From positions 1 to 41,711 of the forward strand of contig JBNKYQ010000001.1 in NCBI GenBank assembly GCA_050300975.1: DNA of 41,711 nt. Reading direction: 5' to 3'. This DNA is from Kordiimonas sp. (GTDB lineage: Bacteria > Pseudomonadota > Alphaproteobacteria > Sphingomonadales > Kordiimonadaceae). Under the pieces are notes generated by a model, which was not told where the DNA came from, ran no database searches, and saw only the letters and a program-made list of their open reading frames with translations. Below are positions 34,920-41,711 of this stretch, piece by piece; the stretch's first letter is position 1, and the number at the start of each line of letters is the position of its first letter. A program made the position numbers and the translations under genes.

Positions 34920-36557
34920 ATGGCTTTGGCGCAGCATAATAATGGCGATAACAGCGTAATCCTGCAGGCGCACGCGGACACTGACTGGTGGCGCGGTGCG
35001 GTGATCTATCAGGTGTATCCGCGCAGCTTCATGGATGCGAGCGGCGACGGCGTTGGCGACCTGAAGGGGATCACCGGCAAGCTGGAGCATATCGCGTCCC
35101 TGGGTGTTGATGGAATCTGGCTATCGCCTTTCTTTACGTCGCCTATGAAGGACTTCGGCTACGACGTTGCAGATTTCTGTGACGTGGACCCTATTTTCGG
35201 CACGCTTGCGGACTTTGACGCGCTTCTCGCGCGCGCCCATTCGCTTGGGCTTAAGGTGATTATCGACCAGGTCTATAGCCACACGTCAGACCAGCACCCC
35301 TGGTTCCAGGAAAGCCGCAAGGGCACGGCGGGCGACAAGGCAGACTGGTATGTCTGGGCCGACGCCAAGGCCGATGGCAGCCCGCCATCCAACTGGATGT
35401 CTGTGTTTATGGGCTCAAGCTGGGCGTGGGACGCCACCCGTGGCCAATATTACCTGCATAACTTCCTTGAGAGCCAACCGGACCTTAATGTCCATAATAA
35501 AGACGTGCAGGATGCGCTTCTGGAAGCCGGGCGCTTCTGGCTTGATCGCGGCGTTGACGGCTTCCGCATGGATGCGGTCAACTTCATGATGCACGACCCG
35601 GATTTTCGCGATAACCCGAAAGCGTTCGAGTATCGCGGCAGCAAGCCGTTTGACCTGCAGGAACACCTCTATAACCAAAGCCACGCCGATATTCCCAAAT
35701 TCCTCGCCCGCGTCCGTGCGATGATGGATGAATACCCCGGCACCTTTACGGTGGCCGAAGTGGGCGGCGAGCGCGCGCTTGAAGAAATGCAGTTGTTCAC
35801 CCGCGGTGACCAGGGACTGAATACCGCCTACAGCTTTGAATTTCTGGAGGCCGATACGCTTTCGGCCAAGGTGATCCGCGAAGCGGTTGAGGCCTGGCCC
35901 GATACGGAAGGCATGGGCTGGCCGTCTTTCACTTTCAGCAACCATGACCGGCCGCGCGCTGTGTCCCGCTGGGCGACGGACACGGAGATTGAGGACGATC
36001 CCGCATTCGCCAAGATGCTGAACATGTTGATCCTCAGCCTAAGGGGCAGCGTGTGCCTTTATCAGGGCGAGGAACTGGGCCTGCCGCAGGCTCATGTGCC
36101 GTTCGAGCGCCTGACCGACCCGGAAGCCATCGCCAACTGGCCGTCAACGCTGGGCCGAGACGGCACACGCACGCCGATGCCGTGGGATACAGAAGCACCG
36201 CACGCAGGATTCAGCAGCCACGAGCCCTGGTTGCCGGTGGACCCGCGCCATGCCGCGCGTGCTGTCAGCGTACAAGAGCGGGATGACGCGTCCGTGCTGA
36301 ATGCTCTCAGGGCTTTCCTGGCTTTTCGCAAGACCCAGCCTGCGCTCATCAAAGGCACGATCCGTTTCCTTGATGCGCCTGAGCCGGTGCTTGCTTTCGA
36401 GCGCACCCATGAAGGGGAAACCCTGACCTGCGTCTTCAACTTGTCCGCCCAGCCGCAAGGGTGGCCTGCCTCTGCCAATTCCGGCAATGCACGCTACTGC
36501 CTGAACGACGCGACACCGGGCGAGCGTCTACCAGCCTTCGGCGCCTGCATTTTCTAG
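34920..36557 (+). CDS. GH13 alpha-glucosidase (AglA/oligo-1,6-glucosidase-like)
   Basis: WWRGAVIYQVYPRSF, DQVYSHTSD.H, DGFRMDA, VAE, FSNHD, YQGEELGL, RDGTRTPMPW. Confidence 0.94.
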   Translation: MALAQHNNGDNSVILQAHADTDWWRGAVIYQVYPRSFMDASGDGVGDLKGITGKLEHIASLGVDGIWLSPFFTSPMKDFGYDVADFCDVDPIFGTLADFDALLARAHSLGLKVIIDQVYSHTSDQHPWFQESRKGTAGDKADWYVWADAKADGSPPSNWMSVFMGSSWAWDATRGQYYLHNFLESQPDLNVHNKDVQDALLEAGRFWLDRGVDGFRMDAVNFMMHDPDFRDNPKAFEYRGSKPFDLQEHLYNQSHADIPKFLARVRAMMDEYPGTFTVAEVGGERALEEMQLFTRGDQGLNTAYSFEFLEADTLSAKVIREAVEAWPDTEGMGWPSFTFSNHDRPRAVSRWATDTEIEDDPAFAKMLNMLILSLRGSVCLYQGEELGLPQAHVPFERLTDPEAIANWPSTLGRDGTRTPMPWDTEAPHAGFSSHEPWLPVDPRHAARAVSVQERDDASVLNALRAFLAFRKTQPALIKGTIRFLDAPEPVLAFERTHEGETLTCVFNLSAQPQGWPASANSGNARYCLNDATPGERLPAFGACIF

Positions 36558-37675
36558 GACGGCAGGGCCTGACCTTCCCTGCTGGGAATGTTCAATACTT
36601 CGCTATCGATCTTGTCGCGGTTTTCTGCGCGCACTTTTGCTGCGGCATCGTCATAAAGGAACGGCAGGGTGGCGAAACGCTCGCCTTTCGTGACGGGTGT
36701 GGCTTCATGAAGCAGCGAACAGGAAAATACCACGGCGCCGCCGGTTGGTGGCCGGTAGGTGCGCATGCCGAACTCGGGGAAACGCAGGTCTCCCCCCTCA
36801 TAGTCTTCCGCGTTCAGATTGATGCTCACAGCGAACCGCCGGTGGGCTGTGCCGGCTGTTGTGTTGTCGCGGTGCGGCCTGAAAAAACCGGCCTCTTCAG
36901 CACCGTAGCGGGCGACGATATAGCGTTCAATCCGGGTCGCGTCGAATTGAAACGCCCGCCTCAATTCCGGCCTCAGGCGCTGGCCGATGGCGGTGTTCAG
37001 GGCTGTGCGTATCCCGTCGTTCTGAATGTTGATGTCGTTTCTGCGCTTGAAATTTGCGTCCCTCATCGCGACCGTCCGGCCATTGATCTCCCGCATGAAA
37101 CCTGACGGACTAGGGGTCCCTTCGCGGTAGAGCGCGATCAGTTGGGCGCAGAAAGCCGGGGTCAGGACACGCGGTACCATCAGGACCGGGGCCCACAGTT
37201 CCTGGCCCTTCGCGGCGTGGTCTTTCGCTTCTGGCAGAGCTATGATCGCACTGATCAGCTTCTCTGTCTCATCAAGCCCGCCTTGCCGGTACACCCGCAG
37301 CATGGGGTCGATCAGATACCATCCCCCGGTGAACTCGGGGCCATCCTCCCGCAGAACGGCGGCGCCATAGGAGAGGGCGATCCCATGATCGGGATCAAGG
37401 AAGACGCGTTGCCCGGGAAAGGCCGTCAGGACAGCCTTGTCCTTCTGGTCCCGCGCCTCGGGGCTCACCGCGAAGCAAACAAGTTGCGCGTCGTCACGTG
37501 TGATATTGGCAGACGTAAGGGCCGCGAGGAAGCGTTGGGCCAAGGGGTTGCGGCTGTCGCCCAGGAATGCCAGCAGAATGAAGCGGCCGCCAAGGCTCGA
37601 GAAATTAAATCGCGGGTTGGATAGGGTGGCTGCGTGGAACCACGGTGCTGGCTTGCCCCATTCAATCAAGGACAT
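36554..37675 (-). CDS. Redoxin-like domain fused to a 2OG-Fe(II) oxygenase (prolyl-hydroxylase-like)
   Basis: N-terminal G.PAPWF..LGGRFILLAF..YLIDPMLRV; C-terminal FRPHRD..YEGGDLRFPE..LLHEATPVTKGER (HxD...H...R). Start 37675 or 37693. Confidence 0.85.
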   Translation of the reverse strand: MSLIEWGKPAPWFHAATLSNPRFNFSSLGGRFILLAFLGDSRNPLAQRFLAALTSANITRDDAQLVCFAVSPEARDQKDKAVLTAFPGQRVFLDPDHGIALSYGAAVLREDGPEFTGGWYLIDPMLRVYRQGGLDETEKLISAIIALPEAKDHAAKGQELWAPVLMVPRVLTPAFCAQLIALYREGTPSPSGFMREINGRTVAMRDANFKRRNDINIQNDGIRTALNTAIGQRLRPELRRAFQFDATRIERYIVARYGAEEAGFFRPHRDNTTAGTAHRRFAVSINLNAEDYEGGDLRFPEFGMRTYRPPTGGAVVFSCSLLHEATPVTKGERFATLPFLYDDAAAKVRAENRDKIDSEVLNIPSREGQALPS

Positions 37676-38008
37676 TGTCGCTAGATCTTTCATCTCTGGC
37701 CACCAGGGCCAAACCTGCCTGCTGGCAGCCCCCAATGGGATCATGGATTTAGCATGAACCCAAAACTCTCATACGCCAGTTTTTTAGGGCTGGGAATAGG
37801 GATTAGTGGCAAGACCGGCGCTTTTCGCCTGCCCGTCATAAATTTCCCTTTTCAAACCACCCCTGTTTCGGATAATGGGGGCATGAAATCGCGGCCAGGC
37901 TGAAAAAGCCCCGCAAGTTTCGAGTGTTCCAAAAAATGAAGTTTTGATTTTCCCATTGAATGAGTGGGGCTTATGTCCCACCCTTAGGGCATGCGTGGAG
38001 GCACGGGA

Positions 38009-38461
38009 ATGCGGAGCAAGCTGATTATTGGTTGGCGCGAATGGGCGGCCCTGCCGGACCTTGGCGTGGATCATATCAAGGCCAAGATTGATACCGGAGC
38101 CAAGACCAGCGCGATCCATGCCTACCGTGTGAAGAAAATCATCAAGGACGGCGCGCCATGGGCCTCTTTCCGGCTGCATCCTGTGCAGAAACACAAGAAG
38201 CCGGAAATCCAGTGCGAGGCCCCTATTGTTGACGAACGGCGGGTCAGAAGCTCGAGCGGTCATGAAGAAGTCCGCTATGTGGTCAAGACCATGCTGCGGC
38301 TTGGGCCGCTGGCGCGCCAGGTTGAAATGACGCTGACCAATCGGGATGAAATGGGTTTCCGCATGTTGGTCGGGCGCCAGGCACTGAAGAAATTTTACAT
38401 TGTAGACAGCGGACTGTCTTATGGGCTCGGGGAGCCCGATGACCCGCTCTACCATCCATAA
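38009..38461 (+). CDS. RimK-associated retropepsin-like protease (RimB / 'ATP-dependent zinc protease' family)
   Basis: [35 protein letters not shown]; GGAGG before ATG 38009. Confidence 0.9.
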   Translation: MRSKLIIGWREWAALPDLGVDHIKAKIDTGAKTSAIHAYRVKKIIKDGAPWASFRLHPVQKHKKPEIQCEAPIVDERRVRSSSGHEEVRYVVKTMLRLGPLARQVEMTLTNRDEMGFRMLVGRQALKKFYIVDSGLSYGLGEPDDPLYHP

Positions 38462-38480
38462 TTCCAGAGGAAGGGCTAAT

Positions 38481-39386
38481 ATGCGTATTGCACTGCTCAC
38501 CCGAAATCCAAACCTTTATTCACACCAGCGGCTGATGGAAGCCGCGCGCGAACGGGGCCATGAAATCGACCCGATCGATACCATGAAGGTCTATATCAAT
38601 ATTGCCTCGCACCGGCCTGAGATGCGCTACAAGGGCGAAATCCTGTCTGGCTATGATGCTGTCATTCCGCGGATTGGCGCGTCGGTCACCTTCTTCGGGA
38701 CTGCCGTTCTCCGCCAGTTCGAAATGGCGGGCGTTTACCCCTTGAACGAATCGGTGGCGATTACCCGGTCGCGCGACAAGCTCAGGAGCTTCCAGCTTCT
38801 GTCCCGTCGCGGTGTGGGCCTGCCGGTGACGGCGTTCGCCAACGGCACCAGCGAAGCTGATGACCTGATTGACATGGTTGGCGGCACGCCGGTTGTGATC
38901 AAGCTTCTCGAGGGCACCCAGGGCGTGGGTGTTGTGCTGGCGGACACGCGCGATGCGGCGCGGTCCATGATCCAGGCATTCGGCAAGCTGAAGGCACACA
39001 TCCTGGTTCAGGAATATATCAAGGAAGCCGGCGCGTCGGACATCCGCTGCCTGGTAATCGACGGCAAGGTCGTGGCCTCCATGATGCGCAAGGGCGCTGA
39101 GGGGGAGTTCCGGTCGAACCTGCACCGGGGCGGCAGTTCGCGCACCGTCAAGATTACGCCGGAAGAGCGCTCCACAGCCGTGCGCGCCGCCAAGATCATG
39201 GGCCTTGATGTAGCGGGCGTGGATATGCTGCGCTCCAACCACGGTCCGGTGATCATGGAAGTGAACAGCTCCCCGGGCCTTGAAGGGATCGAGAAAGCCA
39301 CCGGCATTGATGTGGCTGGCAAGATCATCCAGTGCATCGAAAAGAATGCCCGGCCAAATCGCACCCAAACCAAAGGGAAGGGCTAG
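38481..39386 (+). CDS. rimK: Ribosomal protein S6--L-glutamate ligase (ATP-grasp)
   Basis: [54 protein letters not shown]. Confidence 0.96.
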   Translation: MRIALLTRNPNLYSHQRLMEAARERGHEIDPIDTMKVYINIASHRPEMRYKGEILSGYDAVIPRIGASVTFFGTAVLRQFEMAGVYPLNESVAITRSRDKLRSFQLLSRRGVGLPVTAFANGTSEADDLIDMVGGTPVVIKLLEGTQGVGVVLADTRDAARSMIQAFGKLKAHILVQEYIKEAGASDIRCLVIDGKVVASMMRKGAEGEFRSNLHRGGSSRTVKITPEERSTAVRAAKIMGLDVAGVDMLRSNHGPVIMEVNSSPGLEGIEKATGIDVAGKIIQCIEKNARPNRTQTKGKG

Positions 39387-39390
39387 GCCT

Positions 39391-40461
39391 GTGATCGGCG
39401 AGCGTAGAGCGCGGCGGGCGCCTTTCACGTTCGGCAAACACAAGGTTCAACCTGGTAGCCGCGCGTCTTTGGCGCTCGAGCTGCCAGGCCAATCCCGCTA
39501 CACGCCGCTCTCTATGCCCGTGCATATTGTCCATGGCCGCAAGGACGGGCCCACCATGTTTATCTCTGCTGCCATCCACGGCGATGAGATCGGCGGTATT
39601 GAAATTGTGCGCCAGCTTCTGAAGCAGAAGGCGCTCAACCGCCTGCGCGGCACGCTGATCTGCGTGCCGGTGGTCAATGTTTACGGCTTCCTCAATCACA
39701 CCCGCTATATGCCCGACCGGCGCGACCTGAACCGGTCGTTCCCGGGGTCTGAGCATGGTTCGCTGGCGGCGCGGGTGGCGCATGTGTTCAAAACCGAAAT
39801 CCTCGACCGGGCGGACTATGGCATCGACCTGCACACGGGCGCCAATCACCGCACCAATTACCCCCATATTCGCGCCAACATGGAAGACGAGGAAACCGCC
39901 CGATTGGCCCGCGCCTTCAACACAGCCGTGATCGTGAATGCCACCTTGCGCGATGGGTCCTTGCGTGGTTGCGCGGTGGACCAGGATGTGCCTGTGCTTC
40001 TTTATGAAGCCGGTGAAGCGCTCAGGTTCGAATCGCTTGCGGTGTCGGCAGGCGTGCGCGGCATTTTGAATGTTCTCGGCGCCGTTGACATGATCAAACG
40101 CGCGGTCAAGCGCCGCCCGCATGTGACCGTGGAAGCCGAAACCTCGCACTGGGTGCGGGCGAAGCGGTCGGGGCTCATCAGGAACCCGATTGCGCTTGGC
40201 AGCCATGTTGAGAAAGGCGACCGGCTGGCGCATCTTTCAGACTGGCTGGGCGATGAAGAAAGCGAGATCACAGCCACCAAGGAAGGCGTGGTGATCGGGC
40301 GAACCAACCTGCCGATCGTCAATGAAGGCGACGCGCTCTTTCATGTGGCCGAATTCGATAACGCCGAAAAGGCGGGCAAGACTGTGGAACGCTTCGCAAG
40401 CTCGCTCGAAGGCCTGGGCGAAGGCGACTATGTCGACCCCGTGGTGGCGGAAGAAGAATAG
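39391..40461 (+). CDS. Succinylglutamate desuccinylase/aspartoacylase (M14) family protein
   Basis: IHGDE, RDLNRSFPG, IDLHTG, YEAGE motifs and C-terminal barrel domain; GTG 39391. Confidence 0.9.
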   Translation: MIGERRARRAPFTFGKHKVQPGSRASLALELPGQSRYTPLSMPVHIVHGRKDGPTMFISAAIHGDEIGGIEIVRQLLKQKALNRLRGTLICVPVVNVYGFLNHTRYMPDRRDLNRSFPGSEHGSLAARVAHVFKTEILDRADYGIDLHTGANHRTNYPHIRANMEDEETARLARAFNTAVIVNATLRDGSLRGCAVDQDVPVLLYEAGEALRFESLAVSAGVRGILNVLGAVDMIKRAVKRRPHVTVEAETSHWVRAKRSGLIRNPIALGSHVEKGDRLAHLSDWLGDEESEITATKEGVVIGRTNLPIVNEGDALFHVAEFDNAEKAGKTVERFASSLEGLGEGDYVDPVVAEEE

Positions 40462-41711
40462 CCCTGGAAGCGGTTCAACCGGTAGGGCGTCAGGTCAAGG
40501 CCTGGCACCTCTCCCCTGATCAAATCCCGCATCAGCTCGCCGGTGATGGCGCCGTGCGTCAGCCCCATATGGTTATGGCCGAAGGCGAAATAGATGCCCT
40601 TGTGCTGTGGCGCCGCGCCGATGATCGGCAGGCTGTCTGGCAGGGTAGGGCGGAAGCCCATCCAGGGCGTGGTGCCTCTGGCTTCCAGCCCCGGCAGAAG
40701 GTCCTGCCCCAGGGGTAACAGCGCCTGGGCATGGCGTTCCTTGGGTGGCAGCTTGAGCCCGCCAAGCTCCACCCGGCCTGCAAGGCGAAGGCCTCCTTCC
40801 ATTGGTGTGGCGACGAAGCGGCGCTCAAAAAAGGTGGTGGGTATGCGTGGCTGTGCTGATGGTTCCTCCAGCATCAAGTGATAGCCGCGTTCCGTCTCAA
40901 GCGGGACCTTGTAGCCCAGCATGCGCGCGAGCTGGTGCGACCATGCACCGGCGGTAATCACGACCTTGCCTGCGCGCACCTGATCGCGGCTTGTGGTGAG
41001 CACCGTGTGGGTGGGCCCGTGTTCCATGCCCACCACAGCCTGTCTTTCAATATGCCCGCCCAGGCGCATGAATTGGTCCGCCAACTTGCGCACCAACTGT
41101 GCCGGGTCTGTCACGTGGGCGGAAGACGGGAAACGCAGGGCGCCCTTGAGGGCCGGGCTTAGTGCCGGGTCGAACGCCCTGAGGGCGGCGGCGTCCATCA
41201 GCTCTGCCTCCACGCTGAAATCAGCCAGCAAGCGCTGTTCATGGGCGGCCGCCGCCAGGCTTTTCTCCTTTTCATAGACCACCAGCGTGCCCTCTTCGCG
41301 CAGCAGATCATCCATGCCGTGACGCTTGATCAGCCGTCTGTATGCCGGCAGCGCCCGCGCATTGAGGGCGGCGATGGCTTCAGTGCCGCGGCTCACTTGC
41401 GCCGGGCGCCCCGCCCACAGGAAACGCATCAGCCACGGCAGCAAACGGGGCAGGTAAGCCGCGCGAACCGTTAGCGGCCCGTTGGGCTGAAGCAGCATCT
41501 TCGGCACCTGTATGAGTGTCGAAGGGGACGACAGCGGGAAGATATGCTCAACCGCGATATGGCCCGCGTTCCCATAGGAGCATTCTTCGGCCACGCCCTT
41601 GCGGTCAATCAGCCAGACATCATGGCCTGCAGCCTGCAGTTCAAGCGCCGTACACACGCCAATGACCCCGGCGCCGATAACGGCGATCTCGCAGTCAAGG
41701 CCTGAAACCAG
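40428..41711 (-). CDS. DadA-family D-amino acid dehydrogenase / FAD oxidoreductase (5' end outside window)
   Basis: Frame is open to the window edge: IAVIGAGVIG, SYGNAG, ERGYH, WMGFRPTLPDSLPIIG, AFGHNHMGLT. Confidence 0.9.
   Translation of the reverse strand: MVSGLDCEIAVIGAGVIGVCTALELQAAGHDVWLIDRKGVAEECSYGNAGHIAVEHIFPLSSPSTLIQVPKMLLQPNGPLTVRAAYLPRLLPWLMRFLWAGRPAQVSRGTEAIAALNARALPAYRRLIKRHGMDDLLREEGTLVVYEKEKSLAAAAHEQRLLADFSVEAELMDAAALRAFDPALSPALKGALRFPSSAHVTDPAQLVRKLADQFMRLGGHIERQAVVGMEHGPTHTVLTTSRDQVRAGKVVITAGAWSHQLARMLGYKVPLETERGYHLMLEEPSAQPRIPTTFFERRFVATPMEGGLRLAGRVELGGLKLPPKERHAQALLPLGQDLLPGLEARGTTPWMGFRPTLPDSLPIIGAAPQHKGIYFAFGHNHMGLTHGAITGELMRDLIRGEVPGLDLTPYRLNRFQGYSSSATTGST

Noticed and set aside
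37745-38008. Intergenic region before the rimK cluster as a possible riboswitch (AAGCCCCGC/GTGGGGCTT pairing)
   Set aside because: Only one distant helix, with no recognisable aptamer consensus or expression platform.
271-40233. Many long antisense ORFs (e.g. 271-1083, 4799-5641, 10093-11229, 15650-16459, 18595-19650, 26992-27939, 29107-30102, 38520-39443, 39325-40233)
   Set aside because: They mirror well-supported genes, have no recognisable motifs, and are expected shadow frames in GC-rich coding DNA.
40428-40461. 34-nt tail-to-tail overlap of the M14 gene and the D-amino acid dehydrogenase
   Set aside because: Short convergent overlap in non-conserved C-terminal tails; common and not evidence of a special system.

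Overview
GC-rich alphaproteobacterial chromosomal segment (lineage inferred from gene content and promoter types). No mobile element, tRNA/rRNA or CRISPR array was seen. In order: (1) 3' end of paaK and paaABCDE (phenylacetyl-CoA epoxidase) with a PaaR-type operator. (2) An uncharacterised aromatic uptake/catabolic module: TonB-dependent receptor, DUF485 + ActP/PaaL-like symporter, LuxR-type regulator, atypical MBL-fold enzyme, FAD monooxygenase and DUF2783, linked by a second PaaR-like operator and a shared 20-bp palindrome. (3) rpoE-chrR with its own sigmaE-type promoter. (4) A microoxic island: DsbD_2/TauE-type membrane protein, ccoNOQP-GHIS, ompW, hemN, a hypothetical gene and a Crp/Fnr regulator with a C-terminal Cys cluster, served by three FNR-type boxes. 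(5) A sugar/glycerol region: GH97, glpK, glpD, a lipoprotein, glk, a PAS-like protein and a GH13 alpha-glucosidase, with two identical LacI-type operators, a phased repeat cluster and a candidate ~230-nt structured anti-Shine-Dalgarno sRNA. (6) A redoxin-2OG-Fe(II) oxygenase fusion, a RimB-like protease/rimK/M14 deacylase cluster and a partial D-amino acid dehydrogenase.
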